64,000 nucleotides of DNA from an uncultured Gemmatimonadota bacterium (GTDB taxonomy: Bacteria > JAAXHH01). Shown piece after piece: positions 28,955-38,869 of this stretch. Both the position numbers and the translations under genes were made by a program. The stretch lies in NCBI GenBank assembly GCA_951812955.1, contig OX638340.1:1216001-1280000 (forward strand). Reading direction: 5' to 3'. The notes beneath the pieces are model-generated. The model was given only the letters and a program-made list of their open reading frames with translations. It was not told the origin of the DNA and ran no database searches. Numbering within the stretch: position 1 is the stretch's first letter; every line of letters begins with the position of its first letter.

Positions 28955-29977
28955 TTACGCCGCGCACAGGTAGTCGTCCACTTCGGCCAGTCCCATGCCT
29001 TGGAGCGCCTGGCGTATCAGCTTCCGCGCGCCCCTGGAGGAAACGGCGACGACGAGCATTGGACGACTATGGCGGGACCAGGCGTCCATCAGTCCACCGG
29101 GACCGATCACCGGCGCTCCCCGCAGTATGCCGCCGATCTTACGGGGAGAAATATCGACAAAGGCATCGACCGTGCGGCCCATGCGGACAAGGTGCTTCGA
29201 CAGCCTGCGGCCGGTCTGGCCCGCGCCCCACACGATCAGACCGTCCCGGCCGTCGAGAGGGCCGTCGATGAGAAACCGGGCCTTGACGCGGAGGAAGTTC
29301 TCCACGGAGTACCTGGAGTCCGTTCTCGTCAACCGCCCGTCGTGCTCCCGCCAGTATAACAGGACCTCCGGTACCTTGGCGAACCGCAGGCCCGCTGCGT
29401 GGCAGCGAAGCCACAGGTCGTAATCCTCCGGCCAGCCGAGATCCCGGTATCCTCCGAGCTTCACGAAATCATCACGGCGCACCATGGCCGACGGGTGGGC
29501 GACAGGGCTTTCTATGTATATCTCGCGGGCGATGTCTTCGGGCTCGACAAGGCTGTTCAACCAGGCTTCGTAGATCTTCATGCCCTCACCAACCGACCCG
29601 TCGGCGAAGGTTTCCACGAGCGACCCGGCAACGCTGATATCCGGTCTGGATTCCAGCAACTCCGCCTGCCTGGCAAGTCGACTTGGATGCATGCGGTCAT
29701 CGGCGTCCATGCGGGCGACATACGTTCCTTCGCATACCGATAATCCGCGGTTCAAGGCCTCGACCAGCCCAACGCGGCCGGCGTTGACCGGCTTGATTCT
29801 CCGGTCCCCACGCCGCCAGGCCTCCAGGATCATCCCGCTGTCGTCGTCCGAACCGTCGTCGACCGCGATGACCTCGAAATCGGCCAGCGTCTGCCCGGTG
29901 ATGCTTTTCAATGCATCGGGAAGCGTTCCGGCGGCATTGTATACAGGCATCAGGATGGATACACGAGGTGGGGACAT
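28955..29977 (-). CDS. Glycosyltransferase family 2 protein
   Basis: ILMPVYNAAGTLPDALKSITGQTLADFEVIAVDDGSDD is the GT-A DxD region. Confidence 0.8.
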   Translation of the reverse strand: MSPPRVSILMPVYNAAGTLPDALKSITGQTLADFEVIAVDDGSDDDSGMILEAWRRGDRRIKPVNAGRVGLVEALNRGLSVCEGTYVARMDADDRMHPSRLARQAELLESRPDISVAGSLVETFADGSVGEGMKIYEAWLNSLVEPEDIAREIYIESPVAHPSAMVRRDDFVKLGGYRDLGWPEDYDLWLRCHAAGLRFAKVPEVLLYWREHDGRLTRTDSRYSVENFLRVKARFLIDGPLDGRDGLIVWGAGQTGRRLSKHLVRMGRTVDAFVDISPRKIGGILRGAPVIGPGGLMDAWSRHSRPMLVVAVSSRGARKLIRQALQGMGLAEVDDYLCAA

Positions 29978-30043
29978 GGCGTAGTTACGAGGAATGGTAA
30001 AGGTGCGGGTACGGCCGTTGGTGAGCGCACCCTCCGGACGGAC

Positions 30044-32488
30044 CTACCCCTTGACCACGATATTGAGCAGCTTGTCCGGCACGAAGATGTTCCGGATCGA
30101 TTCCTTGCCGTCCGTCCAATGACGCACGCGTTCGCTGGCGAAGGCGGCCTGCTCGATTTCCTCGCGGGACCTCCCGGGCGGCAATTCGAGCCTGTCGCGT
30201 ACCCGGCCGTTGATCTGGATGACGTATTCGATCGTGGCCGATACGATCAGGGACGGATCAAATTCCGGCCAGGGCGCGACGCAGATCATGCCCTCGCGGT
30301 CCATGCGTGACCACAGTTCCTGGGTGATAAACGGCGCGAAAGGCGCGGCCAACTGGAGCAGCGTGCAGACGGCGTCGCGATGATGTACCTGCGCGTTCTG
30401 CAGGCCGTTGAGCAGCTCCATGAGGCGCGCGATGGCCGTGTTGTACTGGAACGTCTTCATGTCCTCTGTGACATCGCGGGTCCTGCCGTGCAGCAACGCG
30501 AGCAGTTCGGGGTCTGCCACCGGGGCTGCGCTGAAATCGGTACCTGTGACGTAACGCCACAGACGGTCATAAAACCTGCGCACGCCGTTGATGCCCGCGT
30601 CCTGGAAATCGCCGCCCACCTGGAAAGGTCCCAGGAACATGAGGTAGGTGCGGAAGGTATCGGCCCCGTAATCGTCCAGGTATTCGTCGGGATTGATGAC
30701 GTTGCCCTTGGACTTGCTCATCTTCGCGCCGTTCCGGATGATGGTCCCGTGGGCCCGGAACTTCTTGAAAGGCTCGGAGAAGGAAATGAGTCCGATGTCA
30801 TGCAGCGCCATGGTGATGAACCGGGTGTACATGAGGTGCAGCACAGCGTGCTCGTTGCCCCCGATATACATGTCAACGGGCAGCCATCGCTCGGTGGTCT
30901 CCGGGTCGAAAACCACGTCCTCCCGTTCCGTACTGGGATAGCGGAAGAAGTACCACGCCGAATCGAGGAAGTTGTCGTTTACGTCGGTTTCCCGGGTCGC
31001 GGGGCCGCCGCACTCGGGACAGGTGGTATTCAAAAAGGACGGATCGCGCGCAAGCGGACTGCGGCCCGTACCGTCCGGCTTGAAATCCTCCTCGTGGGGC
31101 AGTACGACGGGTAACTGGTCTTCCGGAACGGGCACCACGCCGCAGTCGCCGCAGTGTATCATGGGAATGGGCGGTCCCCAGTAACGCTGGCGGCTGATGC
31201 ACCAGTCTCGCAGCCGGTAGTTGACCTGGCGCCTGCCAATACCGCTATCTTCCAGCCAGTCGGTGACCGTACGCACGCCCACGGTGCTGTGTGTCCCGTC
31301 GAAGGGCCCGCTGTTGATCATGGTCCCTTCGCCGGCATAGGCCTCCTCCAGGCCGGTGGCGCCGTCGTGTCCATTCGTCCTGTCTTCCGTTCCGCTGATC
31401 ACCTGGACGATCGGCAGATCGAAAGCCCTGGCGAACTCGAAGTCACGGCTGTCATGGGCCGGCACGGCCATGATGGCGCCCGTCCCGTACGTCATCAGCA
31501 CGTAATCGGAAATCCAGATCGGTATTCTGGCGTCGTTCACCGGGTTGACCGCGTAGCCGCCCGTGAACACACCGGTCTTTTCGCGGGTGACGTCCTCGCG
31601 TTCGATAGCCGTCTTTCGACCACTCTCCCTGACGTATTCCTTGACGTCCACACGCTGTTTTTCCGTGGTTACGGCGTCAACCAGCGGGTGTTCCGGCGCG
31701 AGGACCATATAGGTGGCGCCCCAGAGCGTGTCCGGCCGCGTGGTGAATACGCTGAGCTGCTCGTCGTGGTCCGCCAGGCGGAAATCCACCTCGGCCCCTT
31801 CGCTTCGGCCGATCCACCTGCGCTGCGCGGTCTTGGTCGTCTCGGACCAGTCGATCGTCTCCAGGTTCTCGAGGAGTTGTTTGGCGTATGCCGTAATCCG
31901 GAAGAACCACTGGCGCATGTTTCGTTGTTCGACCAATGCACCGCATCGTTCGCATGCTCCGCCCTCGGCCTGTTCCGCCGCCAGCACCGTGTTACAGGAT
32001 GGACACCACGTGACAGGCGCTTCTTTCTGGTAGGCCAGGCCGGCCTTGAATAGCTGAATGAATATCCACTGGGTCCACCGGTAGTAGTCCGGATCGGTGG
32101 TCTGCACCTCGTGACGCCAGTCGAACATGGCACCCAGGCGCTTGAACTGGTTAGTGAAGTTGACGATGTTGTCCGGGATCAGCCGGCCGGGATGGGTGTT
32201 GATCTTGAGGGCGAAGTTTTCGGAATGAATCCCGAAGGCGTCGAAACCCATGGGTTCGAACACGTCATATCCCCTGGCGCGTATGTACCTGCCATGGATA
32301 TCCGCTCCCGTGTAGGCGAACACGTTGCCCACGTGCATGCCCTCGGCGGAGGGATAGGGGAACATCATCAGGTTGTAGTAGGGATTCCGGGCTGCTTCCA
32401 GGTCGACCTCGTAGGTCCCTTCCGAATCCCAGCGCTCGATCCAACGCGCCTCTACCGCTCCGTGATCGTATTTTTCGCCTTTCATCAA
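30044..32488 (-). CDS. leuS: Leucine--tRNA ligase
   Basis: 814 aa. It has the HVGNVFAYT (HIGH-type) motif, the CP1 editing domain, the zinc-binding CPSCNT...CERCG motif and KMSKSKGN. Confidence 0.95.
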   Translation of the reverse strand: MMKGEKYDHGAVEARWIERWDSEGTYEVDLEAARNPYYNLMMFPYPSAEGMHVGNVFAYTGADIHGRYIRARGYDVFEPMGFDAFGIHSENFALKINTHPGRLIPDNIVNFTNQFKRLGAMFDWRHEVQTTDPDYYRWTQWIFIQLFKAGLAYQKEAPVTWCPSCNTVLAAEQAEGGACERCGALVEQRNMRQWFFRITAYAKQLLENLETIDWSETTKTAQRRWIGRSEGAEVDFRLADHDEQLSVFTTRPDTLWGATYMVLAPEHPLVDAVTTEKQRVDVKEYVRESGRKTAIEREDVTREKTGVFTGGYAVNPVNDARIPIWISDYVLMTYGTGAIMAVPAHDSRDFEFARAFDLPIVQVISGTEDRTNGHDGATGLEEAYAGEGTMINSGPFDGTHSTVGVRTVTDWLEDSGIGRRQVNYRLRDWCISRQRYWGPPIPMIHCGDCGVVPVPEDQLPVVLPHEEDFKPDGTGRSPLARDPSFLNTTCPECGGPATRETDVNDNFLDSAWYFFRYPSTEREDVVFDPETTERWLPVDMYIGGNEHAVLHLMYTRFITMALHDIGLISFSEPFKKFRAHGTIIRNGAKMSKSKGNVINPDEYLDDYGADTFRTYLMFLGPFQVGGDFQDAGINGVRRFYDRLWRYVTGTDFSAAPVADPELLALLHGRTRDVTEDMKTFQYNTAIARLMELLNGLQNAQVHHRDAVCTLLQLAAPFAPFITQELWSRMDREGMICVAPWPEFDPSLIVSATIEYVIQINGRVRDRLELPPGRSREEIEQAAFASERVRHWTDGKESIRNIFVPDKLLNIVVKG

Positions 32489-32695
32489 TTCCCCTGAACT
32501 GGTTTTTCGTTGCTGAACGGTTTTTACATTACTTTACTGGATATTCGTGTCCTGTTTCCGGTCCCCTGACTACGGGTAGTTTACCGGTTCTGCGCCTTAC
32601 ATTCGGCGTCCCGTAATTTACCCATCTTGACGTGGTAAATCAAGTTACTACTTTATAGGTAACCGAATACCGAATTTGATTCCGAAGGGTCCGTC

Positions 32696-34147
32696 ATGAC
32701 TCCCCACAACGCCCATCTACTCACAGTCGATGATATCCACCGCTTCATCACGGACGGGTACGTCCAGGTGAATGCCGGTCTTCCCGCGGAGTTCCACCGG
32801 GACCTGTACGAAAAAATCGAGACCGTGCTCGAGGAAGAAGGCAACCCGGGAAACAATATTCTGCCCCGGATCCCCGAGATCCGGAGGGTCTTCGATCAAC
32901 CCTCCGTACGGGGCGCGTTGACCAGTCTGCTCGGACCCGGTTACCTGATGCATCCCCACAGATACTGCCACCTGAACAAGCCGGGTAGCCCCGGCCAGCA
33001 GTGGCACAAGGACGATTACGTCTTCGACCACAACGTACGGCACGCGCGATGTCGCTGGGTCATGGCCTTCTACTATCCCCAGGACGTGAGCGAGGACATG
33101 GGACCCACGGGCATCCTGCCCGGCAGGCAGCACTACAATCGCATCTCAGACTGCGATGCGGCCCGGTCCACCGAGTCCGCATTGGGACTGACCGGCCCCG
33201 CGGGAACGGTCTCCATCGTCAATTTCGATTCCTGGCACCGGGCCACGGCAAATGCCAGCGACAAGAAAAGGTACATGCTGAAGTTCCAGTTTACCCGTAC
33301 GCGGGAACCGGGTGGACCCTCCTGGGGAGGCCGGAAGGCAGAATGGAATCCTTCGAACGGTAACGCCCATCCCGCGGTTTCGGAGATCGTGTGGAACTGG
33401 ATGTCAGGGTTGGAGCCAGCCAGTGTTAAACCCAACGGCGCGTCCATCGACCGGTACCTGTCCGCCCTGGACGGCCCGGACGAGGGAGCACGGCTTCAGG
33501 CCGCATACGAATTAGGGCGGCGAGGAGATAGTGCGGTAGAACCTCTGGTAGAACGACTGTGCGCGACCCAGGTAGAGGATGCGCTGGCGAGCGTGCCCAA
33601 AAACCCGGCGAATCCCACGGGAGGGAATCCATCGGAATTGACGTCCGCATATGCCCTTTCAGCTATGGGGCGCCCCGCGGTCAGCCGACTGGAGGAACTG
33701 TTGGAAGACGACAAGTGGTGGGTCCGGGCCGCCGCCGCGGACGTGCTGGGCGACATCGGCCTGCCGGCGTCTACCTCCCGGCCCGCGCTGTTGCGTTCCC
33801 TCGGCGAGGATGAAAACGCATGGGTGAGGCGAAACGCGTCTGAATCCCTGGCGGTCCTGGGCGATTTCGTCCCGGGTGACGTCCCGGTCCTTCGAAGCGC
33901 GCTCGCGGATGAAGACGAACGGGTACGGCGAAACATCGCCTTCGCCCTGGCAAGGCACCCTTTGCGGGACGCAAGCCTGGTCGACGACCTTGCGGTGCGT
34001 TCTGTGGAAGACGAAGGGCGCTATGTCCGGTACTACGCCCAGGCAGCCGCGGCCAGGATGGCGGGGAATGCGGGTAACGAGTCCCTGTGGGAGGCGATGC
34101 TCGCGACGCGATGGTGTCCGCTGACGACACCGAAGAGCGCGTTCTGA
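32696..34147 (+). CDS. PhyH-family dioxygenase domain fused to C-terminal HEAT/armadillo-like repeats
   Basis: The N-terminal ~230 aa are PhyH-like (QQWHKDD). The C-terminal ~200 aa contain repeated ...VRRNA/VRAAAADVLGDIG... helical repeats of the HEAT (PBS lyase-like) type. Confidence 0.6.
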   Translation: MTPHNAHLLTVDDIHRFITDGYVQVNAGLPAEFHRDLYEKIETVLEEEGNPGNNILPRIPEIRRVFDQPSVRGALTSLLGPGYLMHPHRYCHLNKPGSPGQQWHKDDYVFDHNVRHARCRWVMAFYYPQDVSEDMGPTGILPGRQHYNRISDCDAARSTESALGLTGPAGTVSIVNFDSWHRATANASDKKRYMLKFQFTRTREPGGPSWGGRKAEWNPSNGNAHPAVSEIVWNWMSGLEPASVKPNGASIDRYLSALDGPDEGARLQAAYELGRRGDSAVEPLVERLCATQVEDALASVPKNPANPTGGNPSELTSAYALSAMGRPAVSRLEELLEDDKWWVRAAAADVLGDIGLPASTSRPALLRSLGEDENAWVRRNASESLAVLGDFVPGDVPVLRSALADEDERVRRNIAFALARHPLRDASLVDDLAVRSVEDEGRYVRYYAQAAAARMAGNAGNESLWEAMLATRWCPLTTPKSAF

Positions 34148-34206
34148 TTTAGGGTCGGGGATAATCTCGCCATTGGTGGTGTGCATTCTCCGGACCAGGA
34201 TTTCCT

Positions 34207-34308
34207 CGAGGTTCCTACCCCGTTACCTTCCGATCCGCCTCGAGGTTCCTACCCCGTTACCTTCCGATCCGCCTCGAGGTTCCTACCCCGTTTCCTTCCG
34301 ATCCGCCT
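34207..34308. repeat. 3 x 34-bp perfect/near-perfect tandem repeat (CGAGGTTCCTACCCCGTTACCTTCCGATCCGCCT)
   Basis: Copies lie at 34207-34240, 34241-34274 and 34275-34308 (one substitution). It sits between convergent genes, and the last copy overlaps the permease's C-terminal codons. Confidence 0.85.
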
Positions 34309-35638
34309 CCCGATTGATCCTGCGAAACAGCAGGTACAGGGGATAACTCAGGACGACCACGACGAGCGCCGTCAGGCTGACTCCCGTGCCGCCCATGATA
34401 TTGCCTGCCAGAAACGCCAGGGCGGCGGCGAGTGTCAGTGCCGTGGTCCACGGATATCCCCAGGCACGATAAGGCCGGGGAAGGTCCGGTTCCTTTCGTC
34501 TGAGGATAAAAACGGAAAGGAACAGGATGGCGTAGTTGACCACGGTAAAGAACGCCAGGGCCTCCACCAGCCGCACGAAACTCCCGCTGAACAGCAGGAA
34601 GATGATCGTAGCCGCCAGGCTGGCCAGGAGCGCCACTGTAGGCGTGCCGCCCTTGTTAACGCGGCGGCACTGCCAAAAGAAGAGTCCATCGGTGCTCATG
34701 GCGTAAATCACACGGGCCGCAAACATGTACCCCAGGTTGATCCCCACGATCATGAACCCGGTCACAAAGGCTGTGATGAGTGTCTCCGCGAGTGGCCCGA
34801 AAACGGCTTCCACGGCCCGGCCCACGGCCAGTTCGGCCCCCACGATTTCCGACATGGGCAGCATGCGTAGAACGGCTATGTTGATGAGCAGATACACCGC
34901 GATGACGATCCCGACGCCCATGAACATCGACCGGGGAATCGTCCTGCCGGGGTCTTCCATCTCCTCCGAAAAGTAAGCGGTGAATACCCAGCCATCATAC
35001 GCGTAAAGCACCCCTCTCAGCGCCACGATGAAGGCAACGACCACGGTCCATCCCGTGGGCATGGACGGAGAAGCGGCCGCCTCGACCTCCGAACCTTCAC
35101 TACCCGTCAGCAGGAAGCAGGCGATGATGAGCACGGCGAAGATGACCGCCTTGATCATGCTGGCGACGTTGTGCACGCCGGTTCCCCATTTCACGCCCCT
35201 CCACTGAATCACGGCGAAAGAAACCGCGATTCCCAGGCAAAGCGATAGGCTGAACTGGGGTATGCCTGCGTTGAGGAGATGTAGATACTCGTTGATCACG
35301 ATGATGGTCATGGCTGTCGCGCCGCACCAGTTCAACCAGTCGGTCCAACCGCTGACGAACCCGACGAAGGGTCCGAGGGTCCGGTGTGCGTAGACGTAGT
35401 AGGCGCCGGCGCGCGGCAGTGCTGTGGCCAACTCGGCGGCGGAAGCCGTGCTGAATATCACGAACACACCCGCCGCTATCCAGGTGGCCATGTACCACCA
35501 CGGATCGGGCAGCTGGGCCGCCACTTCACCCGGCGCTCTGAGAATGCCGAGGCTGACGATGCCGCCGAAGGTGATGGCCAGTCCCGTGATCAGGCCGAGG
35601 ACGCGCAGCAGCCCGCCAGGGGAAGACGAGGAAGACAT
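34283..35638 (-). CDS. Amino acid permease (APC superfamily transporter)
   Basis: 451 aa with about 12 TM segments and APC-type N-terminal motifs (GAGIF-like: ITFGGIVSLGIL...). Confidence 0.8.
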   Translation of the reverse strand: MSSSSSPGGLLRVLGLITGLAITFGGIVSLGILRAPGEVAAQLPDPWWYMATWIAAGVFVIFSTASAAELATALPRAGAYYVYAHRTLGPFVGFVSGWTDWLNWCGATAMTIIVINEYLHLLNAGIPQFSLSLCLGIAVSFAVIQWRGVKWGTGVHNVASMIKAVIFAVLIIACFLLTGSEGSEVEAAASPSMPTGWTVVVAFIVALRGVLYAYDGWVFTAYFSEEMEDPGRTIPRSMFMGVGIVIAVYLLINIAVLRMLPMSEIVGAELAVGRAVEAVFGPLAETLITAFVTGFMIVGINLGYMFAARVIYAMSTDGLFFWQCRRVNKGGTPTVALLASLAATIIFLLFSGSFVRLVEALAFFTVVNYAILFLSVFILRRKEPDLPRPYRAWGYPWTTALTLAAALAFLAGNIMGGTGVSLTALVVVVLSYPLYLLFRRINREADRKETG

Positions 35639-35971
35639 AGTAGAAGCCTTAATTCAGAAGAAGGATCGGTCGGAGTCTTTGATAGTTGAATCGTTACGTA
35701 CCCTGGGATTCAAAGCGCTCCGTCAATATGGTTCGACGGAAATCATGAAACAAGGGTTTACCCGTTGGCGATAGATCGCGTCAGGTCAGCATCGCTCAAT
35801 CCTGTGGTGACAAACTTAATTACAGCTTCCGGTGCACCTGCTCCGATTCTGTTTTACCACGTCGGGCAAGAGGGTTTGCTAGCCAAGGCGATGCGGTTTA
35901 TATTGACCGCGCGCGGGATATCGCAGATTGATTGTCCTGCCTGCACAGAATGAACTTATTCTAATGTTTTT

Positions 35972-37207
35972 GTGGGTGCGTCCACGCTCCTGAACCTGAT
36001 GAGTTTAACCCTTAAAAGCTGGACACAGGGCATTGGAATTATGGATCTGCCACTGAAATACGGACTCAATCCCCATCAGCATCCCGCCCGGGTGACCCTG
36101 CCTCCCTCATCACCGCTGCGCGTGCTAAACGGCACACCAGGCTATGTCAATATCATCGACGCCATGGGCGCCTGGCAACTGGCACGGGAATTGAAACAGG
36201 CGACCGGAGTGCCGGGTGCGGCATCCTTCAAACACGCGAGTCCAGCCGGAGCGGCGATTGCCGGCGAACTTAGTGATACCTATCTTTCGTCCCAGTTTCT
36301 GGCCGGTAAGGCGTACTCACCGGGTGCTGCCGCCTATATCCGTGCCCGAGGCGGCGACCGCATGTGTTCCTTCGGGGACGCCGCGGCCGTGAGCGAGGTG
36401 GTGGACCGGACCCTGGCCAACTTGTTAAGGCGGGAAGTGTCCGACCTGATCATCGCGCCGGGATACGATAGGGACGCGTTGGAGATCCTCAGTGCAAAGA
36501 AGGGCGGAGGCTACCTCGTGCTGGAGATCGATCCGGACTACGAGCCGCCCGAGATAGAGCAGAGAACGCTGTTCGGTCTTCAACTGGAACAACCCCGCAA
36601 CGATGCAGCCATCAACCGGGATACTTTTTCCAATATCGTTACCGGCAATCGGGACATTCCGGATTCCGCCCTCGACACGCTCGTCGTGGCGACGATCGCG
36701 CTCAAATACACGCAGTCGAATTCCGTCTGCGTGGCCTACGACGGCCAGGTGATCGGCATGGGCGCGGGCCAGCAATCCCGGATTCACTGCACCCGGCTGG
36801 CCTGCGACAAGGCCGACAAGTGGTTCCTGCAACAGCATCCCCGGACACTGGATCTCCCCTTCCGCGAGGGACTCAAACGCACGAAAAAGACGAACCTCGT
36901 CGACCAGTACCTCCTGTGGGACCAACTTTCCACCACGGAGGAGAACCACAAGCTGGACGGCCTTTCGGCACGTCCGGCACCCATCTCTTCAGAAGAACGC
37001 CGGGAATACCTTGCCCGATTCGACGGAATCTGCCTGTCATCGGACGCCTACATACCCTTTCGCGACAACATCGACCGGGCCAGCCGGAGCAACGTGCAAT
37101 TCGTGGCGCAGACCGGCGGGTCGGCGGCGGATAAGGGCGTGACGGAAGCGGCCGATGAATACGGCATGGCGATGGTCCATACCGGGCTACGGCTGTTTTT
37201 GCACTAG
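35972..37207 (+). CDS. AICAR-transformylase-domain protein (PurH-like C-terminal domain only, lacking the MGS/IMP-cyclohydrolase domain)
   Basis: SFKHASPAGAAIA, GMGAGQQSRIH, SSDAYIPFRDNID and the C-terminal VAQTGGSAADKGVTEAADEYGMAMVHTGLRLFLH align with PurH AICARFT-domain motifs. There is no N-terminal MGS-like domain. The true start is possibly at 36044 (MDLPLKYGLNPHQ). Confidence 0.65.
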   Translation: MGASTLLNLMSLTLKSWTQGIGIMDLPLKYGLNPHQHPARVTLPPSSPLRVLNGTPGYVNIIDAMGAWQLARELKQATGVPGAASFKHASPAGAAIAGELSDTYLSSQFLAGKAYSPGAAAYIRARGGDRMCSFGDAAAVSEVVDRTLANLLRREVSDLIIAPGYDRDALEILSAKKGGGYLVLEIDPDYEPPEIEQRTLFGLQLEQPRNDAAINRDTFSNIVTGNRDIPDSALDTLVVATIALKYTQSNSVCVAYDGQVIGMGAGQQSRIHCTRLACDKADKWFLQQHPRTLDLPFREGLKRTKKTNLVDQYLLWDQLSTTEENHKLDGLSARPAPISSEERREYLARFDGICLSSDAYIPFRDNIDRASRSNVQFVAQTGGSAADKGVTEAADEYGMAMVHTGLRLFLH

Positions 37208-37240
37208 CGACGGCCGTGGTGGCTTCTACTGTGACATTTC

Positions 37241-38764
37241 TTGCAGGACCACTTTCAATCGCACTGGAAAATCCGTCAGGATCCTTTCAACCCCCTTCTC
37301 GATGAAAGCCCGCAAGCTTCAGCGGTGTCCGCGAAGAAAACACGGACGGTAGTGAAAGGGCTTCGAGTGACACGCAAGCCGAATATCATCTATCTGCTGG
37401 CGGACGACTGGGGATACGGGGATGTAAGCTGTCTCAATCCCGATTCCAAAATCCCGACGCTGCATACCGATCGGCTCGCAGGCGAAGGGATGGTGTTTAC
37501 GGATGCCCACAGCAATTCCGCGGTATGCACGCCCACGCGATACGGCGTGCTGACGGGACGTTACTGCTGGCGATCGCGGCTGAAGCGCGGGGTCTTGAAC
37601 GGCTATTCCGAACCGTTGATCGAGGAGGGACGCATGACGGTCCCTACGCTGCTTCGCGACCAGGGATATACGACGGCCTGCGTGGGCAAGTGGCACCTGG
37701 GACTGGGCTGGCAGACCTCCGGAGGAGTGGAGACGGTAAATAAGGAGACGGTGCGTTTCTCCGCTCCTTTGTCCCATGGTCCCCATACGGTGGGATTCGA
37801 CCATTCATACATCATCCCGGCGTCCCTCGATATGGAGCCCTACTGCTATATCGAAGATGGGGAGGTCGTGGAGCTTTCGGTCGAAGAGATAGCGGACTCG
37901 CCTCGGCCGGCCTTTTGGCGTGGAGGGGCCTGCGCGCCGGGGTTTTCCCATGAGACCTGCCTGCTGGAACTGACGATGCGGGCCGAGGGATTTATCCATC
38001 GGCACGCGAAAGAACATGGCGATCGGCCATTCTTTCTTTACTTCCCCGCACCTTCTCCCCATACGCCTCATTTTTCGCGAGACCGATTTGCCGGCCGGAG
38101 CCAGGCGGGCGTGTATGGAGATTACGTGACGGAGCACGACTGGAGTATCGGGCGAATCCTGGAGGCGGTGAAGCGCAATGGCCTGGAGGAGAATACGCTG
38201 ATTATCGTGACGAGTGACAATGGCTGCCACGCAGAGCCTATCGGGTTGAAGGAAAAGTATGATCACCTTGGAAATTACGTTTTCCGGGGTCAGAAGTCAG
38301 ATGCCTGGGACGGCGGTCACCGCATCCCGTTTATCGCGTCGTGGCCGGGCGTGATCGAACCAGGGTCACGATGTGAAAAGACGGTTTGTCTGACGGATCT
38401 GCTTGCGACCGTTGCCGGGATCTGCGAAGTGGACCTGCCGGTAGACGCCGGCGAAGACAGCTGCAATATCCTGCCCTATCTGCGGGGCGAACAGGCAGAG
38501 ACGATCCGTGAAGCGACGGTGCATCACTCGATCAGCGGGGAATTCGCCATACGGAAGGACAGGTGGAAGCTGGTAGAATGCCGCGGTTCGGGTGGGTGGA
38601 CCCTGAAAGAATCGGATGTGCCCGGGGATGCGCCGCCGATGCAACTCTACGATATGGTTTCCGATCCGGGAGAACGGTTAAACCTGTTTAGCAAAAAGCC
38701 CGGTGTGGTCGAGGATTTGCTCGACACGCTGAATCGGTACCGGACCGGCGGCCGGAGCACGTGA
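37241..38764 (+). CDS. Arylsulfatase (formylglycine-dependent sulfatase family)
   Basis: IIYLLADDWGYGD, the CTPTR FGly motif and GKWHLG are present. No obvious signal peptide. The start may be the internal GTG near 37352. Confidence 0.85.
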   Translation: MQDHFQSHWKIRQDPFNPLLDESPQASAVSAKKTRTVVKGLRVTRKPNIIYLLADDWGYGDVSCLNPDSKIPTLHTDRLAGEGMVFTDAHSNSAVCTPTRYGVLTGRYCWRSRLKRGVLNGYSEPLIEEGRMTVPTLLRDQGYTTACVGKWHLGLGWQTSGGVETVNKETVRFSAPLSHGPHTVGFDHSYIIPASLDMEPYCYIEDGEVVELSVEEIADSPRPAFWRGGACAPGFSHETCLLELTMRAEGFIHRHAKEHGDRPFFLYFPAPSPHTPHFSRDRFAGRSQAGVYGDYVTEHDWSIGRILEAVKRNGLEENTLIIVTSDNGCHAEPIGLKEKYDHLGNYVFRGQKSDAWDGGHRIPFIASWPGVIEPGSRCEKTVCLTDLLATVAGICEVDLPVDAGEDSCNILPYLRGEQAETIREATVHHSISGEFAIRKDRWKLVECRGSGGWTLKESDVPGDAPPMQLYDMVSDPGERLNLFSKKPGVVEDLLDTLNRYRTGGRST

Positions 38765-38869
38765 AACCGCGAGGTAGGTGAGACCTTCGAATCAGGTAAG
38801 GCCGCGAGGTACTTGAGACCGCGAGGCAGGGTAGGCCGCGAGGTACGTGAGCAAAGGAGTGTGGATGCG

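Noticed and set aside
30380-32053. Plus-strand ORFs of 244 and 299 aa
   Set aside because: They are antisense to leuS.
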